A DNA stretch of 63,966 nt, filler included, from Octopus bimaculoides (GCF_001194135.2; 6 parts of 5 records of this genome joined end to end with filler, not necessarily neighbours in it); one strand, 5' to 3'; positions 37,850 through 50,003 are shown, numbered from the whole stretch's first letter. Numbers and translations are program-made. Notes: a model not told the origin generated them from the letters alone.

Positions 37850-39170
37850 GAGTTAATGACTGTCAAACTTGGTGTATAAGAAAATCAAACATTTCATTCT
37901 TAATGACCTGATATTTTCAATTTTCACATGTACAAATTTCCTATTTGTCACAATTCCATTTTCTTTTGACAACATCTTGTTTACTCTTTTTTCTTTGTTC
38001 CAACATTTTGCCATCTTGGTTTTACAGTGAGTTTTCACATGTTCAATTTTTCCACAACGGAAACATTCCACTTTCATAAATGCATAGTTTTTCCTCAAGT
38101 GTAGACCTCCACATGCAAAACATGAGTTTGTTTCCTGACTTTTGTCCTGTTTGTACTGTATTTTAGTACACACTTGACTTCTACTCTGCCTGTTTCACAC
38201 TTGTTTCATTAAGGAGCAATCTTTATGTTCAATTTTCTCTGTGTTGCGCTTTAGATTTACTATTCTTTCACACTCTTCTAACACTTGTAAGGTTACAGCT
38301 TGGTTTTGTTCCAGCTTAGTGAGAATTCTTGTTCTCACTTCTGCTTTTTTATCTGTAGTTAGTCCCTGAGTAAATATCAGGCACTTGAACATATCTAGCG
38401 TTAACTCGTCCAGTTTTAACTTTGCACATTCTCCGTTAACTCTACCAGCATATGTGATGTACTCCTCCTCATTGTTCTTTTCTAGGTTCAAACATTTCCA
38501 GCATGTATTAACCGAGCTTTTCTCACTAAAAATCTTCCACAATATGTCTGTTGTATTTCTAAAGTTTATGTCAGAATGTTTTTTTTCTAAGAGTACGTAA
38601 TTGCTGTAATGCTCATGTTCTCCTGCTGCCAGTTTTTTTTTAGGATTAGACACATGTTTATATCGCCGTCCCAATCTTTGCACTCCTTACTGAAGATCTC
38701 TTCATATCTTTTATAGTACGCCTGGAAGGTAACTCATTCATCTGGTTTATACTTAAATTCTATTATTGCGTTGGCAACATAATCAGGCAAGAACATCTCA
38801 GCATTTTTAGTTGCAGCATTTGTTGCTATAATAGTAATTGTTGTTGTTCTAGCATTTGTTGTTGCTGATTTTGCAACTCGAGCAAACCAGCCAACAATTC
38901 TTCCATAATTTTACAATTTTGTATACTGCAAAATTCAAACAAAAAGCTTTTGTGGGTTTCATAACTCCTTTATGAGTTCATTTAATCTTCATGAATTTGT
39001 TAATTTCTCGTTGCCACACTTGCAATCCAATGTTGGGCTGTTATAACAACCACTCTGGTATAGCAGTATAGTTAGTTACACAAGTAGACAAAACTATCAA
39101 TAACTGACTTTGCTGACTTCGACAACTTTACTGCCTACGTTACAGTATTTGTAACGACTAACAAGTACCA
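37850..39170 (-). mobile_element. Ty3/gypsy relic: probable 5' LTR, PBS, gag and zinc knuckle
   Basis: ORF 38195-38683 (YAGRVNGEC...FKCLIFTQGL...RTRILTKLEQ); knuckle-like CFACGGLH and CFRCGKIEHVKTHC; PBS-like TGGCAACGAG at about 39007-39016 on the minus strand. Confidence 0.85.
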
Positions 39171-39469
39171 CTCATGTGGGAAGGGGTGTTCAATTATTAT
39201 TATTATCCCCATAACAGTATATCAAATCTCTTCCCTACAACATCCCACTGCATTCCCCTCTCCTCCATCTCTCACTTTCCTTTTGCAGCCTTGCAAACTT
39301 ATCCTGTCCAATCCCCACCTCATCACATCTTCACCATCTCCCCACTCCATCTCTCTCTCTTTTTCTGTCCCCAACTGAAAAAGCCATGTATCTCTCTCTG
39401 CTAGACACCTATTTCTGTCCTTTATTTCATAACTGAAATAAAGGGAAGACTCTCAGTTGAGAAGGCTTG

Positions 39470-39665
39470 TCTTGCAAGTTACTTAGTGACCTCACTGCTG
39501 CTGCTGGTGCCATGTAAAAAGCACTCAGTGCATTTTGTAAAGAGGGTGGCATTAGAAAGAGCATCCAGTCATAGAAACCATGCCAAAGCAGACAGCAAAG
39601 CTTGGCACAATCTTCTGACTTGCCAGCTCCTGTCAAACTGTCTAACCAACACCAGCACAGGGGAA
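39470..39665 (+). mobile_element. Old SINE 3' part, CpG-free
   Basis: ggtgccatgtaaaaagcac...ggcattagaaagagcatccagtcatagaaacc, ending in (GAT)n. Confidence 0.7.
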
Positions 39666-39715
39666 GGATGATGATGATGATGACAATGATGTTCCACTGG
39701 AAGTAAGAATTAAAA

Positions 39716-39742
39716 CTAAGCAAATTCTTTCTGAGTAAGGCT
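39716..39742 (-). CDS. Possible terminal coding exon (SLTQKEFA*) of the unrecognised minus-strand gene
   Basis: Acceptor ttttttgtattgacatatctcttttgatcag; phase 0 matches the upstream exon; AATAAA about 300 nt downstream (about 39421-39426). Short, so could be chance. Confidence 0.3.
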   Translation of the reverse strand, partial: SLTQKEFA

Positions 39743-40105
39743 CTGATCAAAAGAGATATGTCAATACAAAAAAAATTTTTTCTGTTCAGTTTTCTTTTGT
39801 TTGCATGAAAATATATTGTGACTTGATCATTGCAAATGAATATTCCCAATAAATACTTGTACAATTAGGTATTAATTGCCTAATTTCTTACCCTGACACT
39901 ATGGTCAATCACATTGATGTATACCACATACTTACACATTTATAATTTTCCACTTGATTAATTTTATTTTGCAAGTAACATAAAAGAAAACACTTTATGA
40001 GGCATGAAAGAGAAAGGGGGAGGGAGGAAAGAGAGAGTTAGGGAGAAAAAGAGAAAGAAACAAAGAGAGAGAAAAGGGAGGAAATAAAGAAAAAGATATA
40101 CTTAC

Positions 40106-40231
40106 AAGAAATGCTTCAAATTTTTGACTGAATTCAAGCTCTGAAAGACTATCTGGTGGACTCTCAATCCCGTTGTGTTCATCTTCTTTACTTGGATGAG
40201 GACTAACATTACGCCGAAATATTGTATCAAG
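40106..40231 (-). CDS. Internal coding exon of an unrecognised gene (LDTIFRRNVSPHPSKEDEHNGIESPPDSLSELEFSQKFEAFL)
   Basis: Acceptor aaaactcctttaaatttcag, donor gtaagt; 126 nt, open frame, phase 0-0, no repeat similarity. Confidence 0.62.
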
Positions 40232-40359
40232 CTGAAATTTAAAGGAGTTTTAAAATGAAAAATCTTAATTTATTACAATGTATGATTTTTTTTCTCTTTT
40301 TACTCTACATACAAAGCAAACTCATTTGAAAACAAAAGTATTTTAAAATAATCATTTCT

Positions 40360-40510
40360 TCCTTGGGCACAAGGTCAGCAATTTTAAGAGGTGGGGAAAC
40401 TGATTACATTGACCTCAGTGCCCAACTGATACTTATTTTATTAAACTCAAAGGATGAAAAGCATAGCTGACCTTGGTAGAATTTGAACTCAAAATGTAAA
40501 GACAGATGAA
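40360..40510 (-). mobile_element. SINE family B, all CpGs lost
   Basis: Homologous to 1880-1975, with TG/CA or other changes where that copy has CG. Confidence 0.8.
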
Positions 40511-40781
40511 AGAAAAGAAAACTAAGATGTAAATTATAAATGTTTTCGAACTCTATCATGCACCTTACTTCATTCTTTTAACTCAATTCTATATTCACTT
40601 TATATCTACATATATTTCAAAATGTAAGCTTTTCACAATTCAATAATAATTTATTCACCACAGAAATGACAGAAAAAATTCAAAATTTCATGCATTCAGA
40701 TATTAAATTTGATGAATAATAATATTGGTGGTTACAGATTTTGAACAAGTCAATAAGTAATTCACATTATCATCTGTACAA

Positions 40782-41005
40782 CCCTTTAGCATTTAGATTA
40801 CTTTGTCAAATGTAATGTTTGTTCATTTACATTGTTTTGAATTAATTGTACATTAGCTTGTAGCTTTGAGGTTTCAAAGATGTGGTTGTTTATTTTTACA
40901 ATGACATTGCGGGGTAGGTGTGAGAGGCCAGATGTAATCAGTTTGAATATAGTGTAGGTAGAACATAAGGACTGGATATGACCAGTTTAAATACTCAAGG
41001 AATAA
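40782..41005. mobile_element. Degenerate MITE with ccctttagcattta-type terminus
   Basis: Left end aaccctttagcatttag; right end tttaaatactcaaggaataa is a decayed inverted copy. Confidence 0.55.
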
Positions 41006-41732
41006 ATCAGATGAAACAAACACCACAAAGTATTTTTATTTGAAATACTGGCTCTTTTGTTGTTTCAGTTTTACGTCTTTTACCAACACACACAAATATA
41101 CATAAACATAACAGATTTCCTCATAAGGAATTAATCAACTTGCAGCCATGCAAAAATATACAGAGTCATATTTAAAATGCTAAGATAGGTAGTATTTAGA
41201 AAACTATTTAGTGTCCAGGCTTAGAAAAATTTCCATTTTGAAATGAAATAAAATACCAATTTTGTGTTAAAACTGAACAATGAAAGATTACATGAAAATC
41301 TAGAAAACATTAGAATTTGCTTTACCAATGTATCTTGCTATATGATCAAGAAACAGATCATCCTCAATTCAATCATGTTCCTTCCTCAACTCATGAGCAG
41401 AGAGAACACATAGAGTGGCCACAATTAAAATACCGTAAAAATCCATGTAAATTGCACACCTTTGTAATTTACGCAGATGATTTTGGGGATAAAAATTGTT
41501 TAAAAAAAAGCTTCTACTAGTATAAAATTCGCACCCAGAAGTTTTCAGAATTGTCGATATGGTCAGGGGGAAAAGGTTTCCAATTTAGTTGTATTTGGCA
41601 TAATTTCACTTACTTATGGATAGATTTTATTAAATTTTCATTAAATAAAAATAATTTCTGTTTCACAGGTATCATGTTGAAAGCTATTAAATTTTGAAGT
41701 GTTTGTGTTGTTTATAATAAACTTTACCTTAC

Positions 41733-41841
41733 ATTTCTTGCCCACAAGAGATTATGTTCGATCTTTAGCATACTTCTGTGTGTCTTCTCAAATCATGACC
41801 ACAGGTAGAGTTGTTGATAATTCTCATTAACAAAAACAAAG
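41733..41841 (-). CDS. Candidate exon of the same gene, with in-frame TGA: (S)FVFVNENYQQLYLWS*FEKTHRSMLKIEHNLLWARN
   Basis: Acceptor aattaaacttattttgcag, donor gtaagg; 109 nt; ends in phase 0 matching the next exon; TGA at 41795-41793; ATG with A at -3 at 41771. Confidence 0.45.
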
Positions 41842-42920
41842 CTGCAAAATAAGTTTAATTACCAATAGCCACCAGCTTGGATGACACTTTACTCAACCGA
41901 CAGTAGTTAACCATTTAATAGTTTTAGTAAATTTATACAGAAAAAGTAAGCATTATACTGTCCAGCATAAATAAAAGTCAACTTAATTATATTTTTTCTG
42001 TAAAAACCTATTCTGACATTAAATGAGTCTACTTCCGATACAAATGTTTACATTTGTACTTCATTTTACAACAAAAAAAATTTCTAAAAAAATCTGGAAA
42101 TGATCTACTTGAGTAATTTACATACCCATCAAAGTATATTTTTGTTTTTGTGAAACAAAGTGCATAAATTACATGGGTTTTTACAGTATGCACATTCAGT
42201 AGATAAAAACCACACAAACCAAAAACTTGAGATTCATTTCAATAAGATAGATTTTAACAAATAATTTCAACAGTCACAATTTTGTTTTACCACTGTTATA
42301 ACATATAAAGTTAATGGAAGGACAGCAAAACTTGACAATATAGATTATCTTTAACTCTGGTAAGATCATTATGATGCTGTTTTGGTATAACTTAGATGAG
42401 ATAATCAGTATATATTTTTCTGCTTTACAATAATTAATAAAAATGTTTGATTTTAACACAACAAATTTATGTCCATTTCATCATATCCTACTGCTAGTAG
42501 TAATGAATTCATGTAGAAGCCTTGCTTGGAAAGTAGCAATCAAGGTAAAGGATTACCTTGATTACTTGTACTTGTAACTTGCAGCCTCACAAAGTTCAAG
42601 GCCAAATCCCTCAAAAGCTGCTGCAGATGGCTTTCAAAGTAAGTTTTATGGAGGAAATGACCAATGTGTAACTTTATGATGGCCTCACCCAGATGCCCAC
42701 TAGCAAAATCATCATCCAAGTACTAACCCATAAGAGATGAATCATGAGTATCCTTTCAAAACCATGGTAACGAAACTGACAAAGAACGATATTGTTATGA
42801 TTGTTGATGAACTTCAGACATTGATGATGAAGCAGAATATGTGACATATCTGGAACAAGTACAAATTGCAGTAGATAAGTGCTGCTAGTGGTGGTACTGA
42901 TTATTATTATTATTATTATT

Positions 42921-43507
42921 CAGTAGTTTTATTTTTATAACGTGCTTTCACTTCACTACCGAGCGCAGCTCTGTGTGCCTTGGGTATGTGCTGTGGTTTG
43001 CTGTGGTGCTCTTATGTTTACTGTATTGAAAGTGTTTTGCGTAGGATGTGTGCAGCGCCCAGTAGTGCAATTTTCTGTATGTTATATATATTTGTAAGTC
43101 CTGGTGTTTTTGTTATGTATTTGTCTGAATATTTTTTTATTATACCTAAGGCACCTACTATGATAGGAATTGTTTCTGTTTTTAGATTCCACATTCGAGT
43201 TACCTCTATTTCCAGGTCTTTGTATTTTGAAAGTTTTTCCATTTCTTTTAGGGAAACGTTGTCATCTGCTGGTATTGATACATCAATTAGAAAGCATGTT
43301 TTTTCTTCATGATCTTTGACAACTATATCTGGTCTATTTGCCTTAATTTCTCTATCTGTGTGTATTGGCATATCCCAGAGTATGGTTGCTTTCTCGTTTT
43401 CTGTGACCTTTTCTGGCGTGTGTTTATACCATCTTTTTTCTGTTGTTATTCCATAGTGTTGGCATAGCTTCCAGTGTATATAGGTCCCAGCTCTATCGTG
43501 TCTGTGA
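42921..43507 (-). mobile_element. R4/Dong-like RLE LINE, 5'-truncated, well preserved
   Basis: HRHDRAGTYIHWKLC...NRPDIVVKD...LIDVSIP.D.N...KE.EK..KY...GALG...ALLGAAHILRKTL open to the stop codon; both ends abut (ATT)n. Confidence 0.95.
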
Positions 43508-43545
<38 letters not shown>

Positions 43546-43564
43546 CATCATCATTATTATTATT

Positions 43565-44553
43565 AGTTCTTTTTATTACAGATTTTGTTGGAACTCCTGG
43601 GGTTTTGCATGTATAAGCGGGCTTGCTACCTACAGCCTACAGTACCATGCTATCTGTTCTTTTCAACTATCTAATACTTTCCTGATTATTTTGGCCGCGC
43701 TAAGGAGGTAAACCTTTTGTAACAGTTCTATTGGGCACTCTATTCTAATTTCCTTTATATTCCTCTTGATGCCTTCTGATACTGTTCCCAAGGACCCAAC
43801 AATAATTGGCGCTATCTTCATTTTCCATAGCTGAGCTATTTCATACTTAAGAGAGTTGTATTTATCTATCTTTTCGTCTTCCTTCTTGACTATTCATGGG
43901 TCAAAGGGGCATGCAGCATCAACTATATAGCACATGGTGCATCTTGTCCACCACCACTAGGTCTGGTCTGTTATGCTCTTGCACCTGATCTATTTGGATT
44001 GGGAAATCCCAGAGGATTTTGCTAGTCTCTGACTGCCATTCACTGCAATTTGTGCTCATACCACTTCTTGCCTCTCTCTCTAGTTTCACAGTTTCCAATG
44101 TAGCATTTTTGCTACCTGATCATGTTGTCACAACTTGTAGTGGTTTGGGGCAAGTCTAGGGTATATATTTGTGATATAGGCAATGGTTTCATCAACTTTA
44201 ATACAGATGTGGCACAGCAGAGACATTCCAAAGGTTGACCCTTCAGTTCGTGGCCAAAGCTTGGTCTTGCACTGCCAGTATAGTCCTCTTGGTCTCTTTT
44301 TTAGTGTTCCTTTCTTCAGCTAATCCCACCTGTTTTTGCAGTAACTTCTGTTGTGGCTACATGGAATTGATTGTGTAGTCTCTTATTGAATAATTCTTCT
44401 TCATGTCCTTTTTGTATTTCTTCCTTTGTTTTTCCTTTTTTCTCTTCTTTCAATACTCCCTCATTCCTAAATGAGACTAGCAAGGTTTCCTTACTTTGGA
44501 TTAGGTATCTCGTTAAGCTCTTGCCTTACTTTGGGCTAAGTATCTCATTAAGC
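43565..44553 (-). mobile_element. Second, different R4/Dong-like RLE LINE fragment
   Basis: AVQDQALATN...HDQVAKMLHWKLC...DKYNSLKYEIAQLWKMKIAPIIVGSLGTV...KIIRKVLDS*; abuts (ATT)n. Confidence 0.88.
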
Positions 44554-44563
44554 TATTGTTATT

Positions 44564-45086
44564 ATTGAGTGAGAAAGCAGTGCATGCCATCAAAGTGACA
44601 CTGGGGTAAAATATACGAAACCCAGTATATCCATCATGACTTCCCCTCTGATAAGGGTACACCAGGCACATGCATCACAACCATATGTGCACGACATGGT
44701 GATCTCATATCAAGATTAACAGTGCATGAAATTGCAGGTGGGGCCCAGTTAGAATTTTCTTCAGGTCAAGTAGCCCATCCCACTTTAAAAAGTCCCTGAA
44801 TAAGGATTGTTTAAGGATGGTGAACAAAACACACATTTCCAGAGGTGAATTATCCAAACCCCAAAAAATTCCTCTCAGCACTACTGCTCGTAATCAGAGA
44901 TGCACATATCATCGGCCACTCAGGGACATGCTCAACTGGTTAAGGTCAAGCAACTGACAAGCAATACCATTATTATTATTATTGAGTGAGAGAGCAATGC
45001 ATGCCATCAAAATGACAAGGGGAGGGGAGCAAATATACAAAGCCCAATAGACCTATCATAACCACTCATCTGACAAGAGTACACCA
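44564..45086 (-). mobile_element. One near-full (44564-44968) and one partial (44983-45086) copy of the (ATT)n-flanked non-coding element
   Basis: Both begin ttgagtgaga(a/g)agca(g/a)tgcatgccatcaaa(g/a)tgaca, as at 10623. Confidence 0.88.
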
Positions 45087-45552
45087 ACAACAGCAGCTGT
45101 CACCACCACTACCACTGATGCCACCACCACTATCATCATCATGTTAATGAAAATAGTGACTTATATAGTGGATTTCTGTAGTTGATTTAACTGCATTTAT
45201 ATTTTTTAATGAAATTCTTCATACATGATGTTGAATTTAAGCTTCCTATTTATTCTCACTGCTGTGTATGTCTTTTTAGCTTTATTGACCAAATAACTTT
45301 TATTGTATGATTTCAACCAATCTTTATTACTTTCATGTCCTAAAATATGTCCTAAAGCTTTATACCATTTTTCAATGATGGCATATAGGAATCTCTCGTC
45401 TTACTGCTCAACCCAGTTCAACATAGTTGTTTGATAAAATACAAAAACAAATCCAGAAATTCTTCTAGGTTAAACATACTTGACGTTTATAAGTAGCATG
45501 CTCTCATGTATAAAATCTGTTTGTTAGAGATTATAAACTAAACTAGTCACAC

Positions 45553-45589
45553 CTATAAATTTCTCGTTTTCTAGTTTCCTCCAACATTT
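45553..45589 (-). CDS. Candidate 37-nt exon, (x)AA-MLEETRKREIY-AG, of the same gene
   Basis: Branch-like cttaac then tggtttctctag acceptor; weaker donor ag|gtgtga; ends in phase 2, matching the start of exon 41841. Confidence 0.3.
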
Positions 45590-46265
45590 CTAGAGAAACC
45601 AGTTAAGCTGTAAATAAATAGATTATTACATTTTATTACCTATTATCCTTATATTATCAAAAACACATTTTTCACAAATGTTTCAACTGAGTTACACTCT
45701 AATAGTAATATAAAAAAATTACAACTCAGGATTATAATCAGTAGTGAAGCAATAAAAAAAGAATCCTACTACAAAAAAGTATTCTGACTACTGGCTTTCT
45801 TATACTAATTCACAGCACATTTCCACTCTACTTTTATTTTCTACACAAAAGAGAGAATTGAATGTATCAGAAAATAATGTTAAAAATTAAACCTGAAGAA
45901 CATTGTGAACTTCAATTTTCGTTATGTATTCTATCTAAGAAAAGCATACATCTTTTACAACAGAATCCACACTTAATAAATGTACTTTGTAATTCAAATG
46001 ATTATGTCAATTGCACCAGTCTACACCTGACAATAAATGTCATTTCAATGTAATTATAGGAAGATATATAAATAAGTCTAACAAATTATATTCAAATTAT
46101 TTGCATTTAAAAATGATTAACTTCACTCAGCCCCACATTCTATCTACCAAATCATTTCTCCTCTCACCTTCCTCTACTATCACAGTGTGTGTGTGTGTGT
46201 GTAAACACAGGTGAAATACAATTATACAAAATTTCTCAGTATAATATATTATATATATATGTATA

Positions 46266-47511
46266 CAGGGTGCCCATAAAGTCTCTACAATTTCAAAAAT
46301 TTATTACAAAGGCAATTGATGGGATATGTTTATCAAATTTGTTCTATGTACTCAATGTTGATGAAACCCTAAAAGACAGCTACTCTTCAAGAAAAAGCAC
46401 AATGTGTATTGTGGTTTATTGAAACAAAATTGGACATGCAGATTCAGCGAAACTACAGGATCAAATATGGATGACATCCGCTGTCACATCCACCAAATCA
46501 TGCATGGCACAAGAAATTTATGGAAACAGTAGCAGTGTTGAATAAAGGGAGGAGTGTATGACCAAAATTATCTGAGGAAAACATTGATTGTGTAAGACAA
46601 GCCTCTTCTGGTTCTACAAAGTCTTTACATACTACTGACAGCTACCATGTTCAATGGTGCACAAAGTCCTACATAAGAACTTGCGATTGTAAACTTACAA
46701 AGTGAAACTTTTACAGACACTTGAACCAAATGATAAACCAAGATGTAAAGAGTTTGCAGTTAACATGTTGGAATGAATTTCTGAGGTTGCAGTGTTCCTC
46801 ACCAGAGTTTGTTTTAGAGATGAGGCAACTTTTCATGTTTCCGAGAAACTGAACAAACATAATGTGAGGATCTGAGGATCAGAAACGCCCCCCCCCCCAT
46901 GTGACAAAGGAACTTCACCGAGATAGTCCAAAGGTGAATGTCTAGTGTGGGATGATGTGCAATCAAATCATTGGTCCATTTTACTTCACAGAGAGATCAA
47001 TTTCTATAAATGTCTACTTTGACCTTTTGAATGAATATGTGGCACCACAACTGGATGGCCTTCAACCAAGCATCATTTTCCAGTAGGCTGGTGCACCACC
47101 ACATAGAGGAGTGCATGTTCGTGGCTTCCTAAATCAAACTTTTTCAGACTGGTGAACTGAAACAGACAGCCCAATTTCCTCGCCACCTCGTTCCCCAGAC
47201 ATTTTCTATAGTGTTATGTCAAAAACATCATTTATTGAACAAAGATACAGGATATCAATGACCTGAAGCAAAGAATCACAGATGACATTGCCACCATTGA
47301 TAAGGCTATGCTACAGCGAACATGGCAAGTAATTGATTACCATCTAGATGTGCTGCATGCAACTAATGGTGCCCACATAGAGATGTATTAAAAGAGGTAA
47401 AATACACTTCAATGTACACTCCTCATTTTGTAATAATTTCCAGATTTATCTATTTATTTGCTTTTGTAATAAGATTTTGATATAGCAAAGGGACTTTATG
47501 GAAACTGTGTG
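46266..47511 (+). mobile_element. Full-length decayed Tc1/mariner-superfamily transposon (DD37D/maT-like)
   Basis: TA-flanked degenerate TIRs (cagggtgcccataaagtc ... gactttatggaaactgtg); relic ORF with EKAQCVLWF, DEATFHV..KLNKHNVRI, SPKVNV, IIFQ.AGAPPH, PPRSPD, NGAHIEMY. Confidence 0.88.
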
Positions 47512-47513
47512 TA

Positions 47514-48007
47514 TCTATATCTATAAAAGGTGTGTGTGTGTGTACATGAATGTACTTTATGCACGTCCACAAATTAGCACGCATGTCGCTTCAATTTTAG
47601 GAAGATATTGGTCAACTTAATTTTCCCAAAGCACTCGCGGATAGCGGTGAAAATAGCTTTACAACCATAACCTTTACCAATTTTCACGTTGGTGAAATCT
47701 GTAAGTTTGCTAACAGGAGTTAAGTCTCTTGTATTATAGATTAATTCACCTTACTACAATGCCTACGAAAGAAATTAGATTTGGACTACCTAAGCAATCT
47801 CAGCGTAGGAAAAGAGAAAGAACAGAAGAGACTGACTATCAGCAGACCCATTAGTAAAATATAATAACTTCTTGGGCCAAAACTTGGCAATAAGAGCTTG
47901 CAGATATTCTGCTACAAAACATTCAATAATATCGAAGCAGTAACTTTCATTAATCAGTATAATTTTTTAAGACTCTTTCTGAACCCGGTCAACGACAGGT
48001 ATTTCTG

Positions 48008-48011
<4 letters not shown>
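47514..48011 (+). mobile_element. Non-autonomous Helitron
   Basis: Starts a|TCtatatctataaaa; ends with an imperfect hairpin (acccggtcaacgacaggt) then atttctgCTAA|t, consistent with TC...CTRR ends in an AT target. Confidence 0.7.
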
Positions 48012-48045
<34 letters not shown>

Positions 48046-48046
<1 letters not shown>

Positions 48047-50003
48047 TAGTATAACCCGACCTTGTCCGGGTGTCACTTATTACGCCATCTACGATAAGTC
48101 TTGTTAGGCGAAAATCAACTAAAAAATGTAAATATGTTCATAATTCAAAAGACAATGAAATTAATAGGGAAAGTCTGAAGGCTGTTTTGCGTAACATTAT
48201 TAAGTGTACGTAAATTTCATCCGTCTAATTGGCTATGCAAATGCTTGTACAAAACAACTTCTTGCGCTGCCCTGATTATACATAGCAGAGTAATCCCTTT
48301 TAGCAGGAGCTAGGATGGCAATTTGTGATGAAGCAATTGTTGGCGATCTGTTGCTACACAGTTTTGCCAGAATTCTATCAGATTAGGCAGATGTTGATGC
48401 ACCATTTTGCATTATGTTCAAAGTAGCTTCTGGAATGTGGTGAATTGCTGCAGTCTGTTGCTGTTATTTTAAACCGGTTGCTTTCTTTCCCCAGCAAACT
48501 CTTTTCTTTGGAGGCATAATTTATGTATATATTAAACAGAACAACAAAAGTTATAATAGATGGCAGGGTCGGTACTTTTCACATTTCTGTAATTTTTCAG
48601 ATTAATACCCGCACAATTACCCAACCCTAACACTAAAACCCTAACCCTGACCCTAAAACCCTAACCCTAACACCCTAGTGAAAATGATTGTGTACAGGTA
48701 GAAGGGAAAAAATATAAAAGTTGCTAGAAACAACAGCCAAATCTCCCTTAAATCACACAAAGTAAACAGAATTTGATAATTTTTACATCAATGGAATTTT
48801 TTCGTGTGAAAATTACGCGCTCAACATATAATATAGAGAGTAAGAGTAAAAGAGAGAGAGAGAGAGAAAGTGATACATAAACCCTAACACTAACACCCTA
48901 GTGAAAATCATGGTATATTTACCAAACATTGACAAACATGAGTTATATTGTATTGAATGTTTTGTGAGAGAGAAGAGGGAGAGAGGAAGATGGAGAGAGA
49001 GGGGGAGAAAGGAATAGAGATGGTAGCAATGAAGAGAGAGAAAGAGAGAACGGGACACAGTTATAAAATAGCAATGCGTGCACGTGTTTATATAAAAAAC
49101 ACAGAAACTGAATCTTATATCTATAATGTTGATGTGTGTATGTGTTTATGTGTATGTTGTTGTCACAGATCACGTATGTGTGGTTGTGTGTGTTTTTACG
49201 TATCTATGTTATGAAAAATAGGTAAAGAATACTGAGAGGAAAGTTTAATCTATGACTTTGTATGTATCACTTTCTCTCACTCTCCCTCTCCCTCTTTTAC
49301 TGTTACTCTCTATATTATATGTTGAGCGCATGTGTAAGAACACCGTTCCAGGTAGAAGGGAAGGAATATAAAAGTTGCTAGAAACAACAGCCAAATCTTC
49401 CTTAAATCACACAAAGTAAACGGAATTTTAAAAATCTAATTACTGCACTGGAAAGTTCACATCGAGAAAATTCCATTGATGTAAAAAATTTTACGAAAAA
49501 GTGGAAAATGTGAATTTCTATACACTTTTAAAAAGGCTTCACACAGACACACAACTTCAGCTTTATATATTAAGATGTTGATGTGTGTATGTGTTTTTGT
49601 GTTTGTTGTCACAAATCATGTATGTGTTTTTATGTTTCTATGTTATGAAAAATATGTTAGAGGTAGAGGAAAGGTATTAAATGAGAGAGAGGAAGAAGAA
49701 GTAAGAGTTTAAAGGTAAACCAAGTTAATCTATGACTTTGTATGTATCACTTTCTCTCTCTCTCTCTCCCTCTCTATAAGAACGCCGGAACACGTAAATG
49801 GCAAGAAATATAAAAGTTGCTAGAAACAATAGCCAAATCTCCCTTAAATCACACAAAGTAAAAGGAATTTAAAAGATCTAATTACTGCACTGGAAAGTTC
49901 ACATCGAGAAAATTCCATTCATGTAAAAATTTTTACGAAAAAGAGGAAAATGTGGATTTCTATAGATGCAACACACACACAATCTCAGCTGTATAGATAT
50001 AGA
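48046..50003 (-). mobile_element. Non-autonomous Helitron with three tandem ~440-bp 5' units and telomere-like (CCCTAA) patches
   Basis: Minus-strand TC starts at 50003 and 49575, degenerate one at about 49126; 3' hairpin acccgaccttgtccgggt at about 48053-48070; repeated block gttgctagaaacaa(c/t)agccaaatc...aaatcacacaaagtaaa at 48720, 49374 and 49817. Confidence 0.7.

Noticed and set aside
42127-42287. Additional exon candidate in the predicted gene's intron
   Set aside because: Splice signals are present but all frames are closed.
42560-42880. Protein-like stretch as a possible exon
   Set aside because: Multiple stops; resembles a decayed RTE apurinic endonuclease segment (IIIQV...KNDIVMIV).
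48623-48677. Telomere or chromosome-fusion scar
   Set aside because: Short, degenerate and embedded in a Helitron-like repeat.
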